A stretch of 64,000 nucleotides of DNA from an uncultured Alphaproteobacteria bacterium (GCA_944390265.1 CALXPK010000024.1:11183-75182); one strand, 5' to 3'. Positions 39,014 through 49,713 are shown, numbered from the stretch's first letter. Made by a program: numbers and translations. The notes: a model not told the origin generated them from the letters alone.

Positions 39014-39334
39014 GTGGTTAGTAATATTTCAAGTGCTCTCAATGCTTATCAAGCCGCTCTCAGCAGAATAGGGGCGCCAACTCCTGCCAAAGAATCGGCT
39101 CCGGTTCAGGTGACCGGTTCTACTTTTTCCGATATGGTCAAGTCCAGCATTGAAGAAGCTCAAGATTTGGGCACCAAAGCTGAGCAAACAACGCTTGCCG
39201 CCATTCAAGGCAAAGCCAGTGCGCAAGATGTTGTCTTGGCCGTTTCCAACGCCGAGCTTGCTCTTGATACGGTCGTTGCTTTCCGCGACACCGCGATAAA
39301 GGCTTATCAGTCTATATTTAATATGCAAATCTAA
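39014..39334 (+). CDS. fliE: Flagellar hook-basal body protein FliE
   Basis: 106 aa; C-terminal LALDTVVAFRDTAIKAYQSI; completes the flgB-flgC-fliE order. Confidence 0.8.
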   Translation: MVSNISSALNAYQAALSRIGAPTPAKESAPVQVTGSTFSDMVKSSIEEAQDLGTKAEQTTLAAIQGKASAQDVVLAVSNAELALDTVVAFRDTAIKAYQSIFNMQI

Positions 39335-39343
39335 ATTTAAAAT

Positions 39344-39645
39344 GTGTATAATGGAAATCAGAAAAGATTATGCGTCGGCTCGAAAAATTCATGTACTTCT
39401 ATGTACATTAGGATTTTTCTCGCTCCTAAAATCACTCTATCTTCCCAATTCCGACTAGGCTTTGTTACGAAAGCTATCGCATTCTGCCAAAGCCAAGTCT
39501 CATTGCGTCTCCTTAAAAAAAGCACATTTAGGTGCTTTTTTTTGCGGCCGTCTCCGAACTTTTATACACTCTCTCATATTTTTGCTGGTTTCTTATTATT
39601 ACGCTCATAAAAAAGAAATTTGTGAAAGTTCGTATAATGGAAAGC
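39344..39645. repeat. Intergenic repeat element copy B (core 39446..39610) flanked by direct repeats gtataatggaaa at 39346-39357 and 39634-39645
   Basis: Core aligns to 223..372, including the aagcacattta(a)ggtgctt hairpin; the flanking repeats differ from those of copy A. Confidence 0.6.
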
Positions 39646-39801
39646 TGTTGGTTCATTTTAGTTTGGTGCAAATCCATGTTGATGTAATAAGAGCCTTGTT
39701 TGGGCTCTTTTTTTGTGCTATAATCATCTTGTTAAAAAAATTATTAAGAGGCTATTATTCACGCGGTATTTGCCTCATACTGCACTTAAAATATTTTATT
39801 T

Positions 39802-40008
39802 ATGGGATGGTTAGAGTTAATCATTGCCGTGATACTTTTTATTATCCTTGCCGCTATTTTTATTAAAATAATAGCTATTGCTGTTATCTTAATATTCGCC
39901 GCCGCAGTTTGCTGGCTGCTTTGGTGGGGAATCTCATCATTGTTTGCCTATATCGGCTGGTGGGTCATTTTGGTGATTGTAATTGTTATAATAATATTAA
40001 AAAAATAG
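39802..40008 (+). CDS. Putative small hydrophobic membrane peptide (68 aa)
   Basis: Two predicted TM helices; sits between the repeat element and a terminated downstream gene. Confidence 0.3.
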   Translation: MGWLELIIAVILFIILAAIFIKIIAIAVILIFAAAVCWLLWWGISSLFAYIGWWVILVIVIVIIILKK

Positions 40009-40011
40009 CGT

Positions 40012-40365
40012 ATGGAACTAATAATTAGTATCATCACAGTCATACTTTGCTTGGTATACTGTATCTTTATGCTTGCTTTCTATCTTCAACTCATTGGAGT
40101 TGTTCTTGGGGCAACAAAAGGCAAATATCTGTGGATTCCGGCAATCATCGGTTTGTCAATTTATGCCATTCTGATGTGCTCTGAAGATTCTTGGATGTGG
40201 GTTTTCCCTAAAACTCTGGGATTTATCCTTGATTGGGGCGGCGGTTTATTCTGTATGGTCGCCGGAATTTATTTGACCTGGAAAACTTTCACCAGTTGGA
40301 AGTTTTTCTTAGGTATGACAGGCGTAAGCGCGGTTATCTTCTTGATTGCATTTATGCTTGGCTAA
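40012..40365 (+). CDS. Putative membrane protein (117 aa, about 4 TM)
   Basis: Strong intrinsic terminator immediately downstream. Confidence 0.4.
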   Translation: MELIISIITVILCLVYCIFMLAFYLQLIGVVLGATKGKYLWIPAIIGLSIYAILMCSEDSWMWVFPKTLGFILDWGGGLFCMVAGIYLTWKTFTSWKFFLGMTGVSAVIFLIAFMLG

Positions 40366-40398
40366 GGCAATAGTTTTCAGACTATTGCCTTTTTTTTG
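40365..40398 (+). terminator. Intrinsic terminator
   Basis: ggcaatagt-tttcag-actattgcc followed by T8. Confidence 0.7.
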
Positions 40399-40460
40399 TG
40401 GCATATCTGATAAAATTGGATTATATTCTGATAAAAATTTTTTACAAAAAGGATATGTCC

Positions 40461-42050
40461 ATGCTCAGAATTAATAATATCAAAGTGCCGTTGTCGGTTT
40501 CTTTGTCTGATTTGCCCGAATATGTCAAAAAAGAAATCGGCTATTCCGGAGTGTGGCTTTCTTTTAAAATCATCAAACAGGCGATAGATGCCCGCCGCAA
40601 GTCTGATGTGCATTACGTCTATGGTTTTGATGTTGAAGTAGAAGATGAACAAAAATTTTTATCTCATTATAAATCAAAAGATATTTTTGTTTTAGATGTG
40701 GAAGAAAAATATATCTTGCCAAAAACAAAATCACGCCTCAGACCGGTGATTGTCGGGAGTGGGCCGGCCGGAATGCTCGCCGGAATTGCGCTGGCCGAAG
40801 CCGGTTTAAAACCGATTATTCTCGAGCGCGGGCGCAAGGTGCCGGAGCGGCAAAAAGATGTGCAGGCTTTTTGGCAAGGCGGCGAACTTAATCCGGAATC
40901 TAACGTTCAGTTTGGGGAAGGCGGTGCCGGCACTTTTTCCGACGGTAAGCTGATGAGTGGTATCAAAAAAGACAAATACACCGCCAAAGTGTTGCAAGAG
41001 CTGGTTTCTGCCGGTGCACCGGAAGAGATTACATATTTAGCCAAACCCCATGTCGGTACCGATATTTTGGCGCGCGTGGTGCAAAATATTCGCTATAAGA
41101 TAGAAAGTTTGGGCGGTGAATATCGCTTTGAAAACAAACTTGAACATATTGTCATTAAAAATCAGCAAATTAGCGCGCTTAAAATTCGTGATGCACAAGG
41201 TCAAATCTATGAGCAAGCGGCGGATTCCGTTATTTTGGCGATTGGACACAGCGCGCGCGATACGTTTGAAATGCTTTATCGCGCCGGCTTTATGATAGAG
41301 CCCAAGCCTTTTGCTGTCGGAGTTCGTGTGGAACATAAACAAAGTCTGATAAGTACTGCACAATACGGAAAATTTTCAGCGAAACTCGGCGCGGCAGATT
41401 ATAAAATGGCGTACCATGCCGCCAACGGTCGCTCGGCTTTTACCTTCTGTATGTGTCCGGGCGGTGAGGTGATTGCCGCGGCTTCCGAGAAAAATCGGGT
41501 TGTGACCAATGGTATGAGCGAACATGCCCGCAACAAAGAAAATGCCAATGCCGCGCTTCTGGTTGGGGTTACGCCGCAAGATTTTGGCGGCAGCCATCCT
41601 CTGCAAGGAATGTATTGGCAGCGCGAACTTGAGGAAAAAGCCTTTACCGCCGGCGGGCGCAACTATCATGCACCGGCGCAACTGGTCGGCGATTTCTTGA
41701 AAAACAAAGATTCCAAACAAGCTGGCGATGTCAAACCCAGCTATACCCCAGGGGTGACCTTTGGTAACATGGCCGCGGTTTTGCCGCCATATATTCTGGA
41801 AACCATGCGCTTGGCGATTGTCGATATGGATAAAAAGCTCCATGGCTTTGCATCATATGATGCCGTGATGACCGGTGTGGAAAGCCGCAGTTCTTCTCCC
41901 ATTCGCATTTATCGCGATGCCACTTTGCAAAGCTCGGTTAAAGGCCTTTATCCTTGCGGCGAAGGTGCCGGTTATGCCGGCGGAATTATGTCGGCGGCAG
42001 TGGATGGGCTGAAATGTGCCGAAAAAATTGCAAACACATATAAATCGTAA
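40461..42050 (+). CDS. FAD-dependent oxidoreductase (COG2509-type uncharacterised dehydrogenase)
   Basis: VIVGSGPAGMLAGIALAEAG dinucleotide motif; C-terminal PCGEGAGYAGGIMSAAVDG. Confidence 0.8.
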   Translation: MLRINNIKVPLSVSLSDLPEYVKKEIGYSGVWLSFKIIKQAIDARRKSDVHYVYGFDVEVEDEQKFLSHYKSKDIFVLDVEEKYILPKTKSRLRPVIVGSGPAGMLAGIALAEAGLKPIILERGRKVPERQKDVQAFWQGGELNPESNVQFGEGGAGTFSDGKLMSGIKKDKYTAKVLQELVSAGAPEEITYLAKPHVGTDILARVVQNIRYKIESLGGEYRFENKLEHIVIKNQQISALKIRDAQGQIYEQAADSVILAIGHSARDTFEMLYRAGFMIEPKPFAVGVRVEHKQSLISTAQYGKFSAKLGAADYKMAYHAANGRSAFTFCMCPGGEVIAAASEKNRVVTNGMSEHARNKENANAALLVGVTPQDFGGSHPLQGMYWQRELEEKAFTAGGRNYHAPAQLVGDFLKNKDSKQAGDVKPSYTPGVTFGNMAAVLPPYILETMRLAIVDMDKKLHGFASYDAVMTGVESRSSSPIRIYRDATLQSSVKGLYPCGEGAGYAGGIMSAAVDGLKCAEKIANTYKS

Positions 42051-42106
42051 ATTCAAATGATAAAATTATTATGTTAAATAAAAACTTTAACTTTAAGGAG
42101 AGAGAT

Positions 42107-42964
42107 ATGGAAGAAAAAAAGACTTGTTCTTGCGGTCCCGATTGCACTTGCGGATGTAATGAAGGCAAGCCTTGCACTTGCGGATGTTCAGATGAAAAAA
42201 ATTGTTCATGCGGTTGTAAATGCGGTGAAAATTGCAAATGTGGTAAAGGAATGACACGCATCTTTTCCGCTTTGCTGATTGGTGCCGGTTTGTGTGCCGG
42301 TGGCTTTTTTCCGGGATATTATTACTATCAAACCAAGATGAACTCAAACTATGTAACGGTTAAAGGTTTGTCCGAAATGCCGGTGCGGGCTGATTTGGCG
42401 GTTTGGGATTTGAAGTTTGTGGTGACTAATAACGATTTGTCGATTGCGCAGCAGGAAATTGCCCAAAAAGCGCAAACCATTATTGCTTTTTTGAAAGAGC
42501 AAGGCTTCACCGATGACGAGATTGTGGCTGAATCTATCAACACCAACGATTTGATGGCTAATCCGTATCGTAGTGATGGTGCGGCAACCTCGCGTTATAT
42601 TTTGAACCAAACAATTAAAGTTCGGTCGCAAAAGGTTGATTTGGTGGCGCAAAGTTTGGGTAAAACCGGAAGTTTGATTGCGCGAGGCGTTGTTTTTGAT
42701 AATCAATATGGTTCACCGGTTTCATACGTTTTTACCAAACTTAATGAAATTAAGCCGAAGATGTTGCAAGAAGCCACTGAAAATGCTGAGGCTTCGGCGC
42801 AAGAATTTGCCAAAAGTTCAAATTCTGCCGTTGGCAAGATTAAATATGCCAATCAGGGTGTCTTTTCCATTTTGCCGGCCGAACAAACCGGCGGAGATTC
42901 CGAGGCATCGCAAATTGAAAAGAAAGTCAGAGTGGTTTCGACTATTGAATATTGGTTGAAATAG
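42107..42964 (+). CDS. Fusion of a metallothionein-like Cys-rich N-terminus (16 Cys in about 42 aa), a TM helix and a periplasmic SIMPL/BP26-like domain
   Basis: RBS aaggagag 6 nt upstream; CSCGPDCTCGCNEGKPCTCGCSDEKNCSCGCKCGENCKCGKG; TM RIFSALLIGAGLCAGGFF; SIMPL-like remainder. Confidence 0.75.
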   Translation: MEEKKTCSCGPDCTCGCNEGKPCTCGCSDEKNCSCGCKCGENCKCGKGMTRIFSALLIGAGLCAGGFFPGYYYYQTKMNSNYVTVKGLSEMPVRADLAVWDLKFVVTNNDLSIAQQEIAQKAQTIIAFLKEQGFTDDEIVAESINTNDLMANPYRSDGAATSRYILNQTIKVRSQKVDLVAQSLGKTGSLIARGVVFDNQYGSPVSYVFTKLNEIKPKMLQEATENAEASAQEFAKSSNSAVGKIKYANQGVFSILPAEQTGGDSEASQIEKKVRVVSTIEYWLK

Positions 42965-42979
42965 GCGATTTTGATAAAC

Positions 42980-43015
42980 AAAAAAAAGCTCTCGGTTTCG
43001 AGAGCTTTTTCTTTT
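42980..43015. terminator. Bidirectional intrinsic terminator (SIMPL gene + / nagB -)
   Basis: agctctcg-gttt-cgagagct with A8 on the left and T5 on the right. Confidence 0.7.
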
Positions 43016-43030
43016 GCCTTATATCCAAAA

Positions 43031-43828
43031 CTATTTTCTCATTTTGGAGCCTTCAATCTCTTTGAAATATTTGACCGTGTCGGCTTTGAGCTCGCTGGTG
43101 GCATCGTCATCGCAGACAATGATGCCGTGTTGGTGCATTTGCAAAATGCTGACCGGCCACATGTGGTTGATGCTGCCTTCTATGGCATGATGTATGGCGC
43201 GGGCTTTGTTGGAGCCGCTGGCAACAATCATGACTTCTTCCGCATCCATAATGGTGCCGATGCCTACCGTTAAGGTGGTTCCGGGGACTTTGCTGACGTC
43301 ATTGTCAAAAAAGCGCGAGTTGGCTTTGATGGTTTCTTGCGTTAAGGTTTTGATTCGGGTGCGAGAGCTCAAAGATGACCCCGGTTCGTTGAAGGCAATG
43401 TGCCCATCCGAGCCAACCCCGCCCAAGAACAAATGAACGCGGCCATAGCTTTTGATGGCATCTTCATAATCTTGGCATTCTTTGACATAGTTTTTGGTCA
43501 TGCCGTCCAGCATATGAACATTGGCTTTTTTGATGTCAATATGCGAGAAAAAATTGTCCCACATATAGCGATGATAGCTCTGCGGATGTTTGGCATCCAG
43601 CCCGATATATTCATCCATGCTGAAGGTGACCACATTGGCAAATGAAACTTTGCCTTTTTTGAACATTTCTATCAGTTCTTTATATATACCCAAAGGGGTG
43701 GAACCGCTCGGCAAGCCCAAGACAAAAGGTCTTTCCGCCGTGGGGCGAAAGCGTTTGATTTTGTCGGCAATGTAGATGGCTGCCCATTTGGCACATTCTT
43801 CATAATTTTTTTTGATGATAACGCGCAT
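43031..43828 (-). CDS. nagB: Glucosamine-6-phosphate deaminase
   Basis: 265 aa; [24 protein letters not shown]; [19 protein letters not shown]. Confidence 0.95.
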   Translation of the reverse strand: MRVIIKKNYEECAKWAAIYIADKIKRFRPTAERPFVLGLPSGSTPLGIYKELIEMFKKGKVSFANVVTFSMDEYIGLDAKHPQSYHRYMWDNFFSHIDIKKANVHMLDGMTKNYVKECQDYEDAIKSYGRVHLFLGGVGSDGHIAFNEPGSSLSSRTRIKTLTQETIKANSRFFDNDVSKVPGTTLTVGIGTIMDAEEVMIVASGSNKARAIHHAIEGSINHMWPVSILQMHQHGIIVCDDDATSELKADTVKYFKEIEGSKMRK

Positions 43829-44997
43829 TATTTTTCTCCCTCATAGAGTTTTCCGTTGATGATGGTGTTGATGTTACTGAAATCTTCGTTAAAAATTATT
43901 AAATCGGCATCAAAGCCGGGGGCAACATAGCCCTTGTTTGGAATCTTTAATATTTCGGCCGGACTTGGGGCGGAAACATGAATGGCTTCTTCCAGACTTA
44001 GCCCCCAATCAACCAGATTTTTTACACTTTCTATCATGGTCATGGCTGAGCCGGCGATTACATTGTCTGATTTGCGATAAAAACATTTGTCAAAGTATAC
44101 TTCTTCATTGTTGGCATATAGCTTTGTGGCCTTTTGTTTGGTCGGCTTGAGCGAATCGGTCACCATAACCAATTTATCCAGCGGTTTGAACTGGAACAAA
44201 AGTTTGATTAAGTTGGGGTCAATATGGATGCCGTCGGCAATAAACTCACAAGACATTTCCGGATGAATGAACACGGCGCCAACGGCTCCGGGGTCGCGGT
44301 GGTGCATGCAACTCATGGCATTGAACAGGTGTGTGGTGTGCATGATTCTGGTTTGCATCCCTTCAAGCATTTGGGCATAGGTGGCGTTGGTGTGTCCGGC
44401 TTGCAAGATGATGCCTTTGGCTATGCACCAAAGCGCCAGTCCGCGCATGGACGGAAGCTCGGGGGCGACCGTCATGTTGATGATGTGACCTTTGGAGGCA
44501 GCGTATAATTTTTCCATGAGTTTGATATCTACCGGACTGGCGGCGTTTTTGTTTTGGGCGCCCAATCTTTCCGGTGAGATGAACGGGCCTTCAAGGTGCA
44601 TTCCCAAAATGTGAGCGCCTTTTTCTTTGCCCATGGCTTTGACAATGGCTTTGATGTTTTTTATCATCTCGTCGGGTTTGGCGGCATAAATGGTGGGGAT
44701 GAACGAGGTGACACCGTAGCGGGGCAAAATTTCCGACATTTTTAATATCGAATCGGTTTGTCCGTCATCAGTGCCGAATCCGCCAATGCCGTGAATGTGG
44801 GTGTCTATCAACCCCGGGGCGATGTAGGAGCCGTTGACGTTGATGATTTGTACCTTGCGAGAAAATTGTTTTTCTTGAAAGCGATTTTCACTGAAAACAT
44901 CTGCTATCTTGTTGTTTTTTATATAGACCGCACAATTTTCCATGACCGAAAAACCGGTCAAAATTGTTGCATTGTGAAGACAAATTCCACTGTCCAT
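43828..44997 (-). CDS. nagA: N-acetylglucosamine-6-phosphate deacetylase
   Basis: 389 aa; amidohydrolase [11 protein letters not shown] metal motif. Confidence 0.95.
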   Translation of the reverse strand: MDSGICLHNATILTGFSVMENCAVYIKNNKIADVFSENRFQEKQFSRKVQIINVNGSYIAPGLIDTHIHGIGGFGTDDGQTDSILKMSEILPRYGVTSFIPTIYAAKPDEMIKNIKAIVKAMGKEKGAHILGMHLEGPFISPERLGAQNKNAASPVDIKLMEKLYAASKGHIINMTVAPELPSMRGLALWCIAKGIILQAGHTNATYAQMLEGMQTRIMHTTHLFNAMSCMHHRDPGAVGAVFIHPEMSCEFIADGIHIDPNLIKLLFQFKPLDKLVMVTDSLKPTKQKATKLYANNEEVYFDKCFYRKSDNVIAGSAMTMIESVKNLVDWGLSLEEAIHVSAPSPAEILKIPNKGYVAPGFDADLIIFNEDFSNINTIINGKLYEGEK

Positions 44998-45140
44998 TTA
45001 AGCATTCCTTAAGTTTTGTTTTGTATGGCACATAGTCTAAAAACAAAAAGTAAAGATAGTGTATAAATCAAAAGTTTTTATACACTTATTATACATATCT
45101 TGTATTTTTTGAAAAGACAAATTTGTTTAAGGATTGAAAA

Positions 45141-46766
45141 ATGCGCTTTTTTTCTAAAATATCATCTTTGTTTGCCAAAGATTTTTGGTGGCAGATAAAG
45201 TCTTATCAATTCAACGCTATTTTTTCTTTGTTCACGTTGTTTGCCTATAACAAACTTTTTTTTGAAAAACTTTGGAATATCTATCCGAGCTTGCTGTTTG
45301 TGAGCCTGCTCACCTTGGTGTTGTTTTTGCTCTTGAATGCGGCTTGTGCTCTTTTGTTTTGGCCGAGAATGACCAAGTTTTTGGCAATTGTTCTCACGCT
45401 TATCAACGGCGGCGTTTTTTATTTTATGTACGTTTATAACGTGGCATTTGATAAAGTGATGTTGATGAACGTTTTGGAAACAGATGTGCAGGAAGTGGCC
45501 GCTTTGCTCAGCTGGGATATGGTTTGGATGTATTTTCTGTTGGCGATTTTGCCCTCAATTTTGATTTATAAAACCAAAATTGTTTATAATACGCCCAAAA
45601 AATTAATCTTGCACAAAATCGGGTTGATTTTGGGGGCGTTTCTTATCTCGGCCGCCATTATCGCGGGCGGCTATAAAGAAACGGCTCAATTCTTGCGCAA
45701 CAATAAGCCGATTAAATATTTGTTGGTGCCGGTCAACTATTTCAGTGCCGTGATTTCGGTTGCCAAAAAACAATTGCGCTCCCGCCCCAAAGAGTTGATA
45801 AAAGTTGGGAAAGATGCCGTGCTTCAGCCTTATTGGCAAAACAACGGCAAGCCCAACTTGTTTGTTTTTGTGGTGGGAGAAACCGCCCGTGCCGCCAATT
45901 TTTCTCTCAACGGCTATGAACGCGATACTAACGCGCCCTTAAAGCCTTTTAAGGCTGATTTGCTCAGCTACAAGAATGTTTATTCTTGCGGAACGTCTAC
46001 CGCAATCTCGCTTCCGTGCATTTTTTCTGCTCGGGGAAGAAATGATTTTGACAAGGTGGAATCCCGCTATCATGAAAATCTTTTAGATGTTGTGCAACGC
46101 GCCGGATACAAAGTTTGGTGGCGCGGCAATGTGACCGGTTGTAAGGGAATTTGCACCCGCGTGGAAACGCAGATGCTTTGTGACAAAGATACCTGCTTTG
46201 ATGATATTTTGAACAAAGGTTTGAATGAGCGTGCCTTAAAAGAAAACAAAGATATGTTTGTGGTTTTGCATCAGCTCGGCAGTCACGGCCCGACTTATTA
46301 TAAACGCTATCCTAAGTCGGCCGAAAAGTTTGCGCCGAATTGCATGACCGAACGCTTGGATAAATGCTCGCGCGAAGAGATTGTGAATGTGTATGATAAC
46401 ACCATTTATTATACTTCTGACAATTTGGCCGATTTAATTAAACAACTTGAGTCTTTGAAGGGAAAATATAACACCTTTATGCTCTATGTTTCCGACCATG
46501 GCGAATCTTTGGGCGAAAACAACATTTATCTGCATGCCGCGCCTTATATGGTGGCGCCGGATGAGCAAATCCACGTGCCGATGATTGTGTGGTTTGATGA
46601 TGAATTTGCGCAAAAATTTCATCTCGACAGAAACTGTCTGAAAACAAAACTTGAAAACGAATATTCTCATGATAATTTGTTTCATTCGTTTTTGGGGCTG
46701 ATGGGTATTAAAACTTCCGTCTATAATGCGGAGCTGGATATTTTTAATCAATGTCAACAAAAATAA
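45141..46766 (+). CDS. eptA: Phosphoethanolamine transferase (EptA/LptA family, lipid A/LOS)
   Basis: N-terminal 5-TM region followed by a sulfatase domain; FVFVVGETARAANFSLNGY and CGTSTAISLPC motifs. Confidence 0.9.
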   Translation: MRFFSKISSLFAKDFWWQIKSYQFNAIFSLFTLFAYNKLFFEKLWNIYPSLLFVSLLTLVLFLLLNAACALLFWPRMTKFLAIVLTLINGGVFYFMYVYNVAFDKVMLMNVLETDVQEVAALLSWDMVWMYFLLAILPSILIYKTKIVYNTPKKLILHKIGLILGAFLISAAIIAGGYKETAQFLRNNKPIKYLLVPVNYFSAVISVAKKQLRSRPKELIKVGKDAVLQPYWQNNGKPNLFVFVVGETARAANFSLNGYERDTNAPLKPFKADLLSYKNVYSCGTSTAISLPCIFSARGRNDFDKVESRYHENLLDVVQRAGYKVWWRGNVTGCKGICTRVETQMLCDKDTCFDDILNKGLNERALKENKDMFVVLHQLGSHGPTYYKRYPKSAEKFAPNCMTERLDKCSREEIVNVYDNTIYYTSDNLADLIKQLESLKGKYNTFMLYVSDHGESLGENNIYLHAAPYMVAPDEQIHVPMIVWFDDEFAQKFHLDRNCLKTKLENEYSHDNLFHSFLGLMGIKTSVYNAELDIFNQCQQK

Positions 46767-46782
46767 AAGAATAGGAAAAATA

Positions 46783-47742
46783 ATGGAAAAACTACAATAT
46801 TTATTTACGCATCATGCGGTTTTGCCCGAATCTTGGCTTTGGGTGATTTTTGGCATTGCCGTGATTGTGCTCTTGATGTGGGATTTGCTCTTTTTTAACC
46901 GCAAAAACGAAGTGCCGAATTTTATGCATACGCTTATTTTGTGCATTATTTACATTCTGGCGGCTTTGCTTTTCGGTGTGTTTGTGATGTATGAAGAGGG
47001 CGTGGACAAAGGAATGCTCTTCTTTACCGGATTTTTGGTGGAGAAAAGTTTGTCTTTGGATAATATTTTCATCATGTCTATCATCTTCACTTCTCTCGGG
47101 GTGCCGCGTATGTATCAACACCGTGTGTTGTTCTGGGGTATTTTAGGGGCTCTTATCATGCGCGCCATCCTTATCTTCCTCGGTGAAGCCTTGATTTCAA
47201 ACTTCCACTGGATTTTGTATATTTTCTCGGCATTTTTGGTTTATACCGGTGCCAAGATGGTTTTGCCCGAAAAAGAAATTAAAAAAGAACTGAAAGACAC
47301 CAAACTTTATGCCGTGCTTTCTAAAATCTTTCATGTGACGCATGAGATTAGAGGCGAGCATTTCTTTGTTAAAGAAAACGGCAAGCACTATATCACGCCG
47401 CTCTTCTTTGCACTTTTGATTATTGAAACCATGGATGTGATTTTTGCTCTTGACAGCATTCCGGCCATTTTCTTGATTACGCAAGATGTGTTTATTGTTT
47501 ATACCAGTAACATTTTTGCCATTTTGGGCTTGCGTGCTTTGTATTTTCTGTTGGAAGCGGCCGTTCACAAGTTTGTATATTTGAAACAGGCCTTGTCGAT
47601 TATATTAATCTATATCGGCTTGAAGATTTTCTTGCCATATTGCGGCATCAATATTCAGCCATGGCACTCACTTTGCGTGACGTTCTCAATTTTGTTTATC
47701 GGAATTGCGGCATCATTAATCAAGTCAAGAAAGGCGGCTTAA
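46783..47742 (+). CDS. TerC/Alx-family integral membrane protein
   Basis: RBS aggaaaaa; FLVEKSLSLDNIFIMS TerC motif. Confidence 0.85.
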   Translation: MEKLQYLFTHHAVLPESWLWVIFGIAVIVLLMWDLLFFNRKNEVPNFMHTLILCIIYILAALLFGVFVMYEEGVDKGMLFFTGFLVEKSLSLDNIFIMSIIFTSLGVPRMYQHRVLFWGILGALIMRAILIFLGEALISNFHWILYIFSAFLVYTGAKMVLPEKEIKKELKDTKLYAVLSKIFHVTHEIRGEHFFVKENGKHYITPLFFALLIIETMDVIFALDSIPAIFLITQDVFIVYTSNIFAILGLRALYFLLEAAVHKFVYLKQALSIILIYIGLKIFLPYCGINIQPWHSLCVTFSILFIGIAASLIKSRKAA

Positions 47743-47758
47743 AAGGCACAAAAAAAAT

Positions 47759-47798
47759 CCCTCGGAAAAGTCCGAGGGATTTTTTTTGTGGGGGATAT
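47759..47798. terminator. Bidirectional intrinsic terminator
   Basis: atccctcgga-aaag-tccgagggat with A8 and T8 flanks. Confidence 0.7.
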
Positions 47799-48397
47799 TA
47801 TTTTATGATATGCTCAATCAGAACCGTGATGTTGGTGGTGAACAGTTTGACTGAGATGGCCAGCAAGATGATGCCAAAGAACTTTTGCAACATATAAATG
47901 ACCCCGTTGCCCAAAATGAGGTTGAGCTTTTTGGCCATTTTGATAACAGCATAAATAACCGCAATGTTGGCAACAATGGCAGTTAAAATGTTGATGTCAT
48001 CAAATTGGGCGCGAATGGAAAGCAGGGTGGTTAATGCGCCGGCGCCGGCAAAAAGCGGAAAAACAATCGGAATGAAGGTGGCATCTTTGGGCATATCCGG
48101 ACGCTCGTGAAAAATATCAATATCCAAAATCATTTCCAAAGCCATGATGAAGATGATTAATGAACCGGCCACGGCGAATGATGAAATGTCCAATTTGAAC
48201 AAGTTTAGAAAAGCCTCTCCGACATAGAAAAAGCCTAAAAACATGATGAGTGAGAGCAGGACTGCTTTTTCGGCATGGACGGTTTTGCCGCCGCGTTTTA
48301 ACTTCAAAATTACCGGAATCGAGCCTGGGGCATCAATCACCGCAAACAAAACGACAAAAGCACTGATAAACTGACGTAAGTTAAATTCTTCAAACAT
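47798..48397 (-). CDS. MarC-family (UPF0056) membrane protein
   Basis: 199 aa, 6 TM; FAVIDAPGSIP motif. Confidence 0.85.
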   Translation of the reverse strand: MFEEFNLRQFISAFVVLFAVIDAPGSIPVILKLKRGGKTVHAEKAVLLSLIMFLGFFYVGEAFLNLFKLDISSFAVAGSLIIFIMALEMILDIDIFHERPDMPKDATFIPIVFPLFAGAGALTTLLSIRAQFDDINILTAIVANIAVIYAVIKMAKKLNLILGNGVIYMLQKFFGIILLAISVKLFTTNITVLIEHIIK

Positions 48398-48570
48398 TTT
48401 TTCCTCTTTATATAATGAAGGGTTGGATAAAAAACTGCTTAGGTAGTAGCACGTTTTTTGTGCCTGTCAATCTAAAAAACATTATTGTTTTATGTCTTTA
48501 TAACTTGATTAGAACAAAAAAAGTTCCTATCTTATTTGTATGTTTGTAACTATCGCCAGAGGATTTGAAA

Positions 48571-48825
48571 ATGAGAAATATAAATGATTGGTTGGTCTTG
48601 GTTTTTTGGGCAGCATTGGGTATGTTTGCGATAGTTTTTGCTTTCTATGTGGCATCTATTCTTATTCCGATTTTGCTCTTTGTGATTGCCGTTTCCGGCT
48701 TGGCTAATTTTATTTTCGGATTAGTCAAACGCAACCGCGCAACCAAAGTAAAAATTGAAACGCATTCAACGCCGCGTCAATCTAAGATTATTGATGCCGA
48801 ATATGAAATTATTGATGAAAAATAA
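48571..48825 (+). CDS. Small membrane protein (84 aa, 2 TM)
   Basis: RBS agagga 8 nt upstream; ends 10 nt before the ROK gene. Confidence 0.45.
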   Translation: MRNINDWLVLVFWAALGMFAIVFAFYVASILIPILLFVIAVSGLANFIFGLVKRNRATKVKIETHSTPRQSKIIDAEYEIIDEK

Positions 48826-48834
48826 TAGAGAAAA

Positions 48835-49710
48835 ATGATGAAAATATTGTCTTTTGATATTGGCGGAACAAAAATTGCTTTTGCGCTTGTGGATGAAGCG
48901 GGAAAACTCCTTACGCAGCCGGTGAAATATTCAACACCGGCCAGCAAAGAGGCTATCGAATCCTTGTTGAAAAAGATTATTGCTCAACATGAAAACGAGA
49001 TTGATGCCGTTGCCATTTCTACCGCCGGAACGGTTGATATTTGTAACCAAAAAATCACCGGTTCGGTCGGAAATTTGCCGGAAGGTTATGGCAAAATTGA
49101 TTTCCAAGCGCTTTCCAAGAAAAAAGTTTTTGTGGTCAATGACGCCAATGCCGCAGTGTGGGCCGAATATAAGGTTGGGCATGCGCAGGGTATGGATAAT
49201 GTGGTGTTGTTGACGCTCGGTACCGGCGTTGGGGTCGGAATCATTATAGATGGGCATTTACTAAAAGGAAAATCCGGTGCGGCCGGAGAGGTGCATTTTC
49301 CGGTCAGACAAGATAATCATCGTCGTTGCGGGTGTGGAAATTATGATTGTTTGGAAGTCTATATGTCCGGAACGGCGCTTAATTTGGATGCTAAAGAAGC
49401 CTATAAAGATGATAATATGACTAGCCATGACATTATTGCCGGTTTAAAAGAAAATGATGCCAAAGCCTTGAGCGTTTTTGAGCGCTGGGAGAGTATGGTG
49501 GAGACAGGAGTTCGAATTTTTGCCAGTATTTTTGATCCGGATATTATTTTGCTCGGCGGATCGATGGCGCATTTTATCAATTATCCGATGATGGAAAAAC
49601 ATGTTAATGAGGCGATTGTGACTTCTCCAATCAAACTTAAAGAGGCTGAGTTTGAAAACAATGCCGGCATTATCGGCGGGGCTTTGCTTTGTGCCGAGAG
49701 TTTGAAGTGA
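48835..49710 (+). CDS. ROK-family sugar kinase (plausibly an N-acetylglucosamine kinase)
   Basis: ILSFDIGGTKIAFALV; zinc motif CGCGNYDCLEVYMSG. Confidence 0.85.
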   Translation: MMKILSFDIGGTKIAFALVDEAGKLLTQPVKYSTPASKEAIESLLKKIIAQHENEIDAVAISTAGTVDICNQKITGSVGNLPEGYGKIDFQALSKKKVFVVNDANAAVWAEYKVGHAQGMDNVVLLTLGTGVGVGIIIDGHLLKGKSGAAGEVHFPVRQDNHRRCGCGNYDCLEVYMSGTALNLDAKEAYKDDNMTSHDIIAGLKENDAKALSVFERWESMVETGVRIFASIFDPDIILLGGSMAHFINYPMMEKHVNEAIVTSPIKLKEAEFENNAGIIGGALLCAESLK

Positions 49711-49713
49711 GTG

